From contig CBFFSA010000009.1 in the NCBI GenBank assembly GCA_965644495.1, positions 248,001 to 312,000 on the forward strand: 64,000 bases of DNA. Direction: 5' to 3'. The DNA comes from Perkinsela sp. CCAP 1560/9. Taxonomy: Eukaryota; Protista; Euglenozoa: Kinetoplastea. The position numbers were made by a program, and so were the translations under genes. The notes under the pieces are model-generated. The model did no database searches. It was not told where the DNA came from and saw nothing but the letters and a program-made list of their open reading frames with translations. Shown in pieces: positions 12,989 through 24,157 of this stretch. Within the stretch, counting starts at the first letter, position 1; each line of letters starts with the position of its first letter.

Positions 12989-14034
12989 TCAATGATTCTC
13001 CAGCTTTATCTGTGTGTTATATACGCACAAACCGAACTCTTGCACATCTTCAGGGAATGGCGATTTTGTTATGTTGCTACGCAAGTTCACATTATACGAT
13101 AGTTGATGTTCATGCGCTCGCTGGCGCAGAGATACAGCCCTTGATGCGACGGCCGATATCATCAGCGCAATCCGCAATGGCGGATGTCGCACCGAGGGGC
13201 ATTCGACACGGACTCTGTCGGTAGAGGGGGTCTAGGCAACTCGCCCTCTCTTTACGCAGCCGGAGGGGCGCACTGCAACCGACTCGGTCCCAGTCGGTAG
13301 AGGTGGTCCAGGCAACTCACTACCTCTTTACGCAGCCGGAGGGGCGCACTGCAACCGACCGCTGCCTCGCGATAATACAAGGCAGAGTCACGCCCAGTGA
13401 TCCTCAAGGGAAGCCACCATGGCGCATGGCTCCCCGGGAAGGAAAAGGCGCGAAAGGAAGAAAGCCGGGGAGGGAAGAAAACTCACTAAAAGAGTGAGCC
13501 GGGGAGGGGTGATGGGGTGGAAGCGCGTCCCCTGCTTCACCGAGGAAGAGGGACAGTTTCGGCCTTAGTGCCGGCCGGCAACGGGCATATAAACAGTAAG
13601 ACTATGCCCGTTGCCGGGGAAAGAAAAGATGAACTAAAGGAAAATCAACAAGGTACAGAAACTGTATCTTTATCGTACAGACTATGTGGGAGATGAATCA
13701 AGTTCATAGTGCCTGTCAAATCTAGTTGACCCCAGTCCACGTGGCTGACTTCTTCCCGCTCGTTACAACTCACACCTTCCCACTCACATGCTGGCGTGTG
13801 ATGACGCCACGATTCTTCCAAGTTGTGGACTTCAGCGAGGAGACGAACAAGGTGATACTCGTGAGGTAAATTCGCAGCGCTCACTTTGGCAATACGCGAT
13901 CTCGTCTTTGCAGTTTGTTCAGCAGAATGAGTGTTGGAAGGTATTGGGCTTTCGACTTTACGTCGTTTAGTCGATGGTCGCTGAGTATCCGAACATGTGA
14001 CCCGCACGATCGTGCGTAGGGTTAAGCGCAGCAT
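12989..14034 (-). pseudogene. LRR-A gene whose central repeats are replaced by an SL-capped element
   Basis: N-terminal part 13674-14034 (to ...LPHSLYD) and C-terminal part 12989-13101 (LSYNVNL...ENH) match intact paralogues; the intervening repeats are missing. Confidence 0.9.
13102..13673 (-). mobile_element. Short non-autonomous RLE-retroelement derivative with SL-like 5' end
   Basis: SL-like 28-mer at 13646-13673; hairpin 13563-13640; 3' end motif tcatgcgc..gcgcagagat shared with RLE elements at 14777 and 63111. Confidence 0.8.
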
Positions 14035-14099
14035 GTAAAGTAAGATGGCAATTTATATTATGAAAGTGAATTTATTTTTAGACATTGTTTTTAGTGTTT

Positions 14100-14403
14100 T
14101 ATACAGCGGTGTTCGGAGACTGTTCTCAGACAAAGTACCTTTTTTTTTGAACTACATGGAACTTTTGAAATTGTTGCACAATAAATAATGGTCCTCGCCA
14201 CAGACAACATCGCGGCAAAAAGTAAAATTACGAAAGGATATATCGCAGTGTCTCATGTTTGCTCGATCGTAAGATTTATTTCGAAATGGAAGCTAGAAAA
14301 GAAGTTACACCTCAGCATAAGATGGATACCTGGACATCAAAATGCTGCAGAAACACTGTCTCGTAACAGCGACATTACATCAAGTCGCAATACGGCAACA
14401 TGA
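14100..14403 (+). pseudogene. DIRS/VIPER-type RNase H C-terminal fragment
   Basis: VLATDN...ITKG...IRWIPGHQNAAETLSR matches the YR-retroelement RNase H motif TDN...WIPGxxNxADxLSR; second copy at ~50880-51180. Confidence 0.75.
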
Positions 14404-14663
14404 GAAATAGTTTGAACAGAAATAGATTTGCGACGCTGTCATTTTAAACCAGATTCCGACCCCAGTGAAATATTAGACACCAGGTTCATATACTGTACTC
14501 CCCCTTTTGAGGTAAGAAAGTTTATAAGATCTTCCAAAAACAATAACATTTGTTGAATGAATGAAGCTCCCCCTAAATCCCCCGCCCACACATTTTTATT
14601 CCCTTTATCATGCTCTTTATTCCCTTTAAATTCTCTTTATTCTCTCTATCTCTTTTATTCGGT

Positions 14664-14776
14664 TCAATGATTCTCCAGCTTTATCTGTGTGTTATATACG
14701 CACAAACCGAACTCTTGCACATCTTCAGGGAATGGCGATTTTGTTATGTTGCTACGCAAGTTCACATTATACGATA
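14664..14776 (-). pseudogene. LRR-A C-terminal fragment, truncated at an RLE element insertion
   Basis: Identical to 12989-13101 and ends at the same nucleotide (attatacgata). Confidence 0.9.
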
Positions 14777-15767
14777 CAATATGATATTCATGCAGTTTAT
14801 CTGCAGAGATTGATACCCAGAAGACGCATGACACTGAAGGGAGTTCAGTGCCCGAGTTGAGCTGTTGAGCTTTCCCCTGGCACCTACTTCAATGGCCAGG
14901 AGAAATGTGGCTGGATTCGACATTTTCCTTTGTAGATACATAAGGATGCCCATACTTCTGCATCTTCCGTTCGTGTGAGGAGATAAAGTTTTCCTCCCAC
15001 GGAGATGTCAGTTCGAGTATGAACTCAGAACCGTTCTTAAGTTTGATCCATCCATCAGGTCGGAGGGACGTTTCCTGCCCGCTCAGCCAGGTTGGCGGAT
15101 TCTGATAGTGAGCGAGGTCAAAGTGACACTGTGCGGTTTCGGGGGATTGTCGTATAGCATCTGCAAGGGCGTGTAGGATGAGGTTATGACGGAAGGTATA
15201 CCGCCCCTGTTGCAGAGCGACCTTGTAGCCTGTGAGAACGTGGCTCACAGTTTGTACGTCTTCTTTGCAAATGGGGCATTTAAGGTTCGAGTGGGACTGA
15301 GGCCCCAGCGGTGTAAGGCGGATCGGGTCGGAAGCGGTGTCTGTGTCAGAACACATGAAGAAAATCTGGAGAGCGACGTACTTTTTATATTGCACAGAGC
15401 AGCAGCGAAGTCTTTCGCGAGGTCGTCTTCTGTAGCCATGCGAAACCACTGCCCCGCGATTGGTGCTCGACGCTGCACAGCTTCTGAAAGATGTCTTTCA
15501 TATTCATGTTCAATGTACTGCCGTGTCGATGCGTGATTTTCACTGCGGTCGTACAACTCGACGACTTGTCGCACTTGTCCGGAAGAGCGTTTGTCGAGCT
15601 CACGACGGATGCGATATCTCAGCGCTTGTTGCACTGCTGGATCACGAGATTTTTTCATCTGTTCAACTGCTGTGCCTGTGCAGAGTAACCAAAGCTTAGA
15701 CAGGCTGGTGAGAGCCCAGCCGCGTTCAGAGTACAGAACTTCGCTCGTGGTCAAAAGGGCATATTTT
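14777..15767 (-). mobile_element. 3' part of an RLE non-LTR retrotransposon (HERO/NeSL/R4-like), frameshifted
   Basis: CPIC...HVLTG zinc knuckle, GRYTFRHN, RPDG, LELTSPWEEN, K..KY, IEVGARG. Confidence 0.85.
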
Positions 15768-15777
15768 GATAGTACAG

Positions 15778-16310
15778 TATATGGAAGGCCCTCGCGAAGG
15801 GCAATCCAGGTTCCTTATTGTTCCCGAGGTGGAATCGACGTTTGACTAATAAACTTATAAATGATGCAGCTCACCACTTGAACACTCGAACATGGACAAC
15901 ACTCGAACATGGACTATGCATTCATTGCGGCATGGGAAGGCCACTGAGCTTCGAGTCCGTGGTGTTCCTATTTCAGAGAGGCAATTAATGGGACGATGGC
16001 GGTCTCACTCGTCAGAACAATCCAATGTCACAGCCTACCAGCGCCAAGGGAGTCCAACTCTCCGTAACTAACCAGCATGTGACATCCAATGTTACAGCCT
16101 ACCAGCGGGAACATGAGAGTGTTGCGGTACTTCACCATGTCTAACTGCCCTGCAGCATGCTAAGTCCAGCCCTATACGGTTCGAATGTCATCGGCAAGAC
16201 TGACACATCCAATTCAAGGCGTACAACTCGACCGAATGATCGCTCCCCCCTCCTCTCCCGGTCTTTGAGCGACCTGCTCCAGGCTTGGGACTGGAAATTG
16301 CGGAGTTAAG
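15778..16310 (+). pseudogene. YR C-terminal fragment plus downstream repeat
   Basis: FLIVPEV...MHSLRHG...GRWRS; near-identical to the 12191 block. Confidence 0.8.
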
Positions 16311-16655
16311 AAGCCACATGCGACGTACATAAAGTAAACAATACGTTTTTGTAAGACAACTTCAATCAAATCACAGTTCTCAGACATTGCTTTTAGACTG
16401 TTATACACGTTGTGGATGTGTTGTCTGTTGTGCACATTTTTTGCAATGGTGTTGAGCGACAGAAATTAATCAAGGGGGTACGGCAGGTCGTACACTTTTT
16501 TACGGTAAGAAAGTTTATAAGATCTTCCAAAAACAATAGAATTTATTGAATGAATGAAGCTCCCCCCAAATCCCCCGCCCACACATTTTTATTCCCTTTA
16601 TCATGCTCTTTATTCTCTTTAAATTCTCTTTATTTTCTCTATCTTTTTATCTGAT

Positions 16656-18295
16656 TCAATGATTCTCCAGGTTTATCTGTGTGTTATATACGCACAAACC
16701 GAACTCTTGCACATCTTCAGGGAATGGCGATTTTGTTATGTTGCTACGCAAGTTCACATTATACGATAAATCCAAAGTCATCAATGAAGATGGGAGCTTC
16801 GCCAAGTTGACATCACCAGAAAACATATTGCGCGACAAATCAAGGTGCCAAATCCTCGAAGGAAGTTGCCGAAGATCGAGTTCGCCGGACAATTGATTTC
16901 CAGAGAGATTTACTTGCCGAATGTTAGGCGGAAGCAAAGTCAAATCAAGTGGCCCGGTAAGACGATTTTCGCGAAGGTTCACACTTTGCATATTAACCGG
17001 CAGACTCGTCAAACATACAGTTCCATTGAATCTGTTGCTATGCAAAGTTAAATGATGGAAGCAGTAGGGAAGAGAAGTCAAGTCCAACTCGCCTTCAAAC
17101 CGATTTTCGCACAGAATAGTGTTTTGTCATGCAGGGCAAGACCTGCAGAGATAATTAGGGCCCAGCAGGGGTAGGCGCAATCAACACTCCCTGCTGGACC
17201 CTTTCGGCCTCCGCGGCGACACAGGGGAAAGCTCGGGATATCATCCCCAGGAAAGCGAAAAGAAACGGCCTCATCGGGATAAGATATCCCGCGATACTCA
17301 GTGAGCGCAATGCACCAGGAAAGATATACGGATTTGTGGGACGCAGATGGTATTCCCGTCGTACATGCTACAAATGACCTCCATGGTTCATGATACAACA
17401 TGGTCAGGGCCATGGATGCATGCTGGCAAATGGAGTCATGGTTCATGATACATCTTGGGCATCGGGGTCCCACATAATCCGCCACGGCTGGTGAGCAAGA
17501 GAGGTGCATAGGACATCCTCTAGAACACGCATACAACGTGTTTGCTCGCCGTGTGGGAGACTTCAAGCGTTTGGAAGCCTCCTCCGCGAAGTACCGGTGT
17601 CGCGTGATGGTGAAGGCACGTCGCGTAGTCCCGTAGAAGGGTCCTGCAGCGCATGGGGACTCGGAACCGTGTTCGAGCGGGGTGGTGGGAGATGAAGGAA
17701 GGGAGGCGCACCCCTGCTTTACGACAAGAGGGACAGTTCCTTTCCTAGCGCCATCCGGAAACGGGCATGCGCATAGTAAAAATATGCCTGTTTCCGGGAG
17801 AGAAAAGATGAGCTAGGAAAAAAACAACAAGGTACAGAAACTGTATCTTTATAGCTAGCGATCGCAGTTCCGAAGGCAAGCGCGTGAGCGGTACTGCACC
17901 TTCTAGAGCGTTCTGACGCGCATCAAAATCATACAGACTATGTGGGAGATAAATCAGGTTCATAGCACCTGACAAATCTAGTTGACCCCATTCCATGCGG
18001 CTGACTTCTTCCCGCTCGTTACAACCCACACCTTCCCACTCACATGCTGGCGTGTCAAGACTCCACGATTCGTCCAAGTTGTGGACTTCGGCGAGGAGAC
18101 GAACAAGGTGATACTCTTGCGGTAAATTCGCAGCGCTCACTTTGGCAATACGCGATCTCATATTTGTAATTTGTTCATCGGAATGGGTGTTCGAAGATAC
18201 TGGAGTTTCGACTTTACGACGTTTAGTCGATGGCTCCTGAATATCCGAACATACAGCATGAGCCGTACGATCATGTGTAGCGTCAAGCGCAGCCT
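16656..18295 (-). pseudogene. LRR-A pseudogene interrupted by a 738-bp SL-capped insertion
   Basis: Removing 17116-17853 rejoins ...LRSLA|LCENRFEGELDL; start codon is AGG and there is a small indel near 18250. Confidence 0.9.
17116..17852 (-). mobile_element. Short non-autonomous element with SL-like 5' end; clean insertion with at most a 1-bp duplication
   Basis: SL-like 28-mer 17825-17852; hairpin 17741-17820; 3' motif tcatgcagg..cctgcagagat. Confidence 0.85.
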
Positions 18296-19276
18296 GGAAA
18301 GTAAGAAGGCAAATTACCGGTGAAACGGTTATTAAGGATAAAAGTAATTAAGGCAGAACGAATTTAAAAATTAATTATTGCTTTAATTAAAGTTGCGCCA
18401 ATCTTAATTAAAAATAACCGTAATATAATCCACTCATATTTGAATACTTCACTGTATTTATATAATTAAATTAACTAATTAGCTAGGGGGGACCTTCGAT
18501 GAGTCTTCATCGAAGGTGATTTTTAATTTTTTGCCTTTGAACGATTTCTTATATCGGCTGTTACATGAAACTTATAATTTCATTTTAAGTTTAATAATTT
18601 ATTTTCTTTCTCTGAATTCTGACTTTCCGCATTCTCTGACATTCTTTTATAATGACCAACCAACGAGATTCGATTAATCACAACCCGGACGCTATGCTTC
18701 TAGAAGCTTAGAACCTTGGAGGGTGCCACCTACCGAGAGCATAGGCGTGGCCCACTGGGGGACGCCCCAGCCACCGTACAAGATCCCCGCCTCCTTAATC
18801 CTGCGCTCTAGTGTGATGCTCCCTTGCGCCCAATTTCACTCATTGTCCAGCGCTAAACTGCGTGAAGCGTTGGCGCAGTACCCTGGTCTCTGAGAGACCT
18901 GCTCCAGGCTTGGGTCTGGAAACTGCGGAGTTAAGAAGCCATAGGAATTAAGAAGTCAAAAGCAAACAACACTTTTTTTAAGACAAATTATATTAAATCA
19001 CAGTTCTCGGACATTGCTTTTAGTCTGTTATACACATTGTAGATGTGTTGTCTGTTATGCACATTACAATGGTGTTGAGCGACAGCAATTAATCAAGGGG
19101 GTACGGCACGTCGTACACTTTTTTGAGATAAGAAATTATACGTATAAAAGTTTCAAAAACAATAGAATTTATTGAATAAGTGAAGCTCCCCCTAACCCCG
19201 CCGCCCATATATTTCTCTCTATCTTTCTCTCTATTCTCCTTGAATTCTCTTTATTCTCTCTATCATTTTATTTGAT

Positions 19277-20173
19277 TCAATGATTCTCGAGCTTTATCTG
19301 TGTGTTATGCACGCACAAACCGAACTCTTGCACATCTTCAGAGAATGGCGATCTTGTTATATTGCTACGCAAGTTCACATTATCTGATAAATCCAAACCA
19401 ATCAATGAAGATGAAAGCTTCGCCAAGTTGACATAAACAGAAAACATATTGCGCGACAAATCAAGGTAAGAAATCCTCGAAGGAAGTTGCCGAAGATCGA
19501 GTTCGCCGGACATCTGATTTCCAGCGAGACTTACTTGCCAAATGTTAGGCGGAAGCAAAGTCAAATCAAGTGACCCGGTAAGACGATTTCCGCTAAGGTT
19601 CACATTTTGCATATAGAACGGCAGACTCGTCAAACATACAGTTCCATTGAACCTGTTGTCATTCAAAGTCAAATCTACGAAACAGTGCGGAAGGGAAGTC
19701 AAGTCCAACTCGCCTTCAAACCGATTTTCGTACAGAGTTAGTGATCGCAGTTCCGAAGGCAAGCGCGTGAGCGGCACCGCACCTTCTAGAGCGTTCTGAC
19801 CCGCATTAAAATGGTACAGACTATGTGGGAGATGAATCAGGTTCATAGTGCCTGCCAAATGTAGTAGACCCCATTCTATGCGGGTGACTTCTTGCCGCAC
19901 CAAACAACTCACACCTTTCCACTCACATGCTGGCGTGTCAAGACTCCACGATTCGTCCAAGTTGTGGACTTCCGCGAGGAGACGAACAAGGTGATACTCT
20001 TGGGGTAAATTAGCAGCACTCACTTTGGCAATACGCGATCTCATATTTGTAATTTGTTTATCGGAATGGGTGTTCGAAGATACTGGAGTTTCGACTTTAC
20101 GACGTTTAGTCGATGGCTCCTGAATATCCGAACATGTGAGCCGCACGATCGTCTGTAGCGTTAAGTGTGGCAT
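19277..20173 (-). CDS. LRR-A protein, 298 aa, intact
   Basis: Cys cap (ACEWKGVSC) and 23-aa LxxLxLxxNxFxGxLDLxxLP repeats. Confidence 0.92.
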   Translation of the reverse strand: MPHLTLQTIVRLTCSDIQEPSTKRRKVETPVSSNTHSDKQITNMRSRIAKVSAANLPQEYHLVRLLAEVHNLDESWSLDTPACEWKGVSCLVRQEVTRIEWGLLHLAGTMNLIHLPHSLYHFNAGQNALEGAVPLTRLPSELRSLTLYENRFEGELDLTSLPHCFVDLTLNDNRFNGTVCLTSLPFYMQNVNLSGNRLTGSLDLTLLPPNIWQVSLAGNQMSGELDLRQLPSRISYLDLSRNMFSVYVNLAKLSSSLIGLDLSDNVNLRSNITRSPFSEDVQEFGLCVHNTQIKLENH

Positions 20174-20231
20174 GTAAAGTTAGAATGTAAATTATTGTTT
20201 TTTTAAAAATTAAAAATAATTTTATGAATGT

Positions 20232-21400
20232 AGTGTACCCCCCCCGTAGTTATCAGTCACTACTTTTCGTGGAAAAGTGACGTATAACTAGGGGGAGTAG
20301 GGGTGTGACATACACCCCAACTAGGGGTATGTGTATACACCCCCTGTATAACTAGGGGGGGATCTGTTACATAAAAAAGTCAGAGCATGTAATTACAGAA
20401 ACGGCCCTATTTAATAGGGCTACGCGTGTCCCCCCTTTGATAGGGCTAGTTTGTCTAAAAGGCCAAATATTTGTTTAGGGGGGGCATGTTTTTTTTATGA
20501 AATCCCCCGATGAAAGAAGCAGCGGCTTTTTTCCGGGGCATAGCTATCCGAGTGTAAAAAAGTGTATAAAAAAGCTGCAAGACCTTGTTTAGGAACTATA
20601 GAAAACTTCTCCTGAAAATTATTGTCCTATGAATTCTCGGGAGGGTCTGGTGCCGCGTGGACCGTTAACTGGATCATTTCGCGAACTCCAGTGGCTCGTA
20701 TATCACGTGTAGTCGGATCTTTTGCTTCCGGACAAGAACCTGGTATCTCGCTCTCCCAAAATTCTCTTTCAGCATGTCCCACTCCCCCTCCCTTTGTTCC
20801 CCCATCAACATACCGCAGAAAGAACTTGTCGGTGCAAGACAAGTTGTCCGTGTGTCGTTCTTCGTCTTCCGTATCAAAACTTGCGAAGTCGTATAAATAT
20901 AGTTTATCATACATATAATATATTATATTCCTTCTTCCTTTATATTATATTGTAAATATATAATATATATAATATATATAATTTATATCGTTTAAAATAA
21001 AGCGAGTCGGAGAAAAAGAATATCAATCAAGAATAAATCATGGAGGTCGCGGCCGGAAGTGTGAGCGAGCTTTCAATAGCTCGCGACAAGATTCAATAAC
21101 AAAGGTTCATGAATCCCTTCTCGGTCTGTTGAATGGTCATATCCTTATCACTCGAGATAGGGTGCTCCAGTTGATGAGTCATCATGGAACATTACATGAA
21201 GGACTGGGTGAAAAAGCAAAAGAAAGAGCGTATAAGCACTATCGTTACGTGTTTTGATGGACTCAAGCATCAGATATTGGTCAACGTATAAGACGACAGT
21301 CGCATCATTTGTACTCGCAGCACGATGTTCGTCAGTACAGCTCTGTTATTTTCGGAGATAAAAGTTTTGTCATGAGACTAGCGTTAGCGTCGACGGCGAA
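20232..21400 (+). mobile_element. Degenerate pogo-like transposon, starting ~60 bp upstream of the LRR start codon
   Basis: Left TIR gtacccccccgtagttatcagtcac; HTH remnant YRRKNLSVQDKLSVC...VSKLAK; copies at 33958 and 41628; right end not identified. Confidence 0.6.
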
Positions 21401-22034
21401 CTGAAGGGGAAAACTTTAGCGCCAGTGGGCGTGATTTGAGTCAAAGTCGTTCGTACGAACGAAAAGCAAACAGTGACTATTTTTCTTGCCGCCTTATTTT
21501 CCGTCAAGGAAAAGGGGGTGTATCCTCGTCGAATCCAGCAGAACTTTAATTCCTGAAGATTGATTCCTGAAAATTTGAGTTACTGAATTTAATGCACTTT
21601 AAAGATTCTTTTTTAGGTATTTTTCAGGGGTCTGAAAATCTACAAAATCTATAATTATAGTACTATATAGTATTATAATTTTTCAATTACTATGTATAAA
21701 AATATATATATAATTTTTTTGATTGATTTTCGTCGGGCTTGGACACGTTTCTCCTTCAAAAGAGAGTCCTTGTAACTTCTTTTTTCTCCCGTGGCGGAAG
21801 AAGCACAAGCAAAAAACTGAAAACTAAGTTTTCTGCCGCGAAACATAAAAAACTTGATTAAACTGTCATAAATTGACTATTATTAAACTGCCTGTCATAA
21901 ATTGACTTTGTACATGGTGTCTTTGGTGCTAAAAGAGAGCATCAAAACGTTTTTGATCACTTTTTTCTGTTATAGATTTTTATAGATTTATAGTACTATG
22001 ATGCTGCGGTTTACCCGTAGTGAACCGTAGCCCG

Positions 22035-23152
22035 TAGGGGGGGCGGCACGAAAACTGACAAGGTCCGCATTTTGCCGTCCTGAGGCCGTTTGAGCTGATT
22101 TTTATTGCAAACGAGAGATCTCGTTCTGATCGTGTCTACGCTATTTGGAGCCCGTTTCTGGTAATAAAAGTTAGAGTTTGAAAAGGATGGGATACGTCAT
22201 TAAGACGATGTCGCACAAGCCTTTTTTTAACAGGTGAGCACAAGGCTGCTAGACTACAACTTGCTGATTACTTTGAGGGATTCAGCCCATATCAGATGTC
22301 TCGTATTGTGTGGTGCGACGAAAAAATCTTTCGATGCGGATCACGCGGTAAAAAAATTACGTACCTTGCAAAAATGACTGACCCCCCCAAGGAAACACCA
22401 GTACGAATAGATAGGTGGTATGGGGGGAAAGGAGTTCATGTATTCATGGCCACCAGTCTCCGTTGGGAAGTGCCTGATGCGTGTTTCCATGAGTTCGCAC
22501 AAAATGAAACTGTTACAAATGAGGTCTTTTTGAATGCAATGAAAAAACGAAATGGGTTTTTCAACTGGATGCATCGCCGCCCCGGGGCTACAGTTGTCCT
22601 TGACAACGCGCCAGGGCATGGGGAAGCCAGGAGAATAGGTAAGTTGGAAAACATCAAAATTATTGATTGACCTTCGAAATCTCCTGATCTCAATTTGATT
22701 GAGAATTTGTGGAGCATGATGGATAAATACATCCACAGCCATCTTCGTCCACATAATCGAAAAGAATTACAAGCTGCTATTCCAAAGGCCAAGGAATATT
22801 TGTTGAACGAATGTCACGAGGCGTATGTGAACACGCTAAAGAGTCTTCCCACGCGCCTCGCTATACTACGTGAGCGTGAAGGTGGGAATACTGGCTATTA
22901 AGACCTACTTTCTGGGTACTTTTTGGGCCGTGGTACTAAAAATTACGAATTTTAGACCCGTTTTTCAATTTGCAAAATCTTTAAAATTTCACTTTTGTAA
23001 CTCATTGGAAATGTTTTCCGGTGAACGTTTTTGTATTTTAAATAGCGTAGACACGATATTCAGAACGAGATCTCTCGTTTGCAACAAAAATCAGCTCAAA
23101 CGGCCTCAGGATGCTAAAATGCGGACCTTGTCAGTTTTCATGGCCCCCCCTG
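22035..23152 (+). mobile_element. Tc1/IS630-like transposon, internally deleted
   Basis: ~110-bp TIRs; WCDEK, VLDNAPGH, D*PSKSPDLNLIENLW (stop at the conserved Trp). Confidence 0.9.
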
Positions 23153-23557
23153 TATAGTACTACATAGTACTATAATTTTTTTTAAATATTATAAATACAT
23201 GTACTGTCACCCCCCCTTTATACTTCCGCCGGTTTCAGTACTTTTGGAAGTATAAAGGGGGGAACCTGACTTTTGGTTGTATAAAGGGGGGGCTGATTTT
23301 GTTTTTGAAAAAAGGACAAAAAAAATTGTACCGTGCGAGCTTTTGACCTAATTTCTTGGGCATTCAACAGATCTCGAATTTTTAAGACTACTGGCACCAT
23401 TGTTGCCTCCCCTGAAGCTGATGTGACGTCATAAGCATATTTTACTGAACCTTTTCCCCGAAAATTCTGCAAAAGATCAGACTTTTATCATTTTTTATCA
23501 TTTTAGCGCATCAAACTATGAATAAAATACCATTTAACTCTTTCTAACCCATCATTT

Positions 23558-24157
23558 ATGCCGAAAACACTTCGCCGCCAGAGACGCACCCTCTCGACGC
23601 AACAAATCACTTATGAAACACGTATAATTTGCGTGCATGAGGTACAAAACCAGGGACGTTCGATTACAGACACTGCTGCTTTTATGAAATGCAGTGAAGC
23701 TACTGTCTCTCGATGGGTTAAACGCCACCGGGAGACAGGAGGGTTAGAACGTGTCGCCCTAAAAAAATTTTCTGATATGATAGGGCAGCCTATGGCAGCG
23801 CACGTTGCTCAGACATTAGAGCTACTCTTCGAGTACGCTTCATCTCGAGATGCACCTCCGGGTTTCCTAGAAGCACTAAACCATCACAAGCATCGACTGG
23901 AAAAGAACCATAATATGAAATTTTGGAAGGAGGTTATGTGGTTCAGACCAAGTTGGATAGTGCAATGCGCTCGACCATCAAACACTCCCCCAATTTCTTG
24001 GGAACGCGCCAACAATCTCTTTCCCGGATCTCTGTACCGTCCAGAAAATAGTAACGAGCCTCCAATTTTTTGCATTACCGAGGAGGAGTGGAAGGAATAC
24101 ATGTATGTAGCATATGAGGACTACAGATGGGATCCGCTCGCACGCCAACGAATATGA
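23558..24157 (+). CDS. HTH protein of a Tc1/IS630-like element
   Basis: GRSITDTAAFMKCSEATVSRWVKRHRETG; TIR-like tactgtcaccccccc at ~23202. Confidence 0.55.
   Translation: MPKTLRRQRRTLSTQQITYETRIICVHEVQNQGRSITDTAAFMKCSEATVSRWVKRHRETGGLERVALKKFSDMIGQPMAAHVAQTLELLFEYASSRDAPPGFLEALNHHKHRLEKNHNMKFWKEVMWFRPSWIVQCARPSNTPPISWERANNLFPGSLYRPENSNEPPIFCITEEEWKEYMYVAYEDYRWDPLARQRI

Noticed and set aside
13646-13673. SL RNA gene at the SL-like 28-mers
   Set aside because: The 5' part of the exon is missing, no GT-initiated SL intron follows, there is no tandem array, and each copy is fused to LRR coding sequence.
17116-17853. Insertion as an intron or in-frame cassette (738 bp is divisible by 3)
   Set aside because: No GT-AG ends, an in-frame stop at 17745, and the host gene has lost its start codon.
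22668-22670. TGA read as Trp (TGA at the conserved W of WPSxSPDLN, and other in-frame TGAs in hAT and CRE relics)
   Set aside because: All cases are in decayed elements, which also contain TAA/TAG stops and frameshifts. Intact genes use TGG for Trp and LRR-A genes end in TGA. A conserved-gene codon analysis would settle it.
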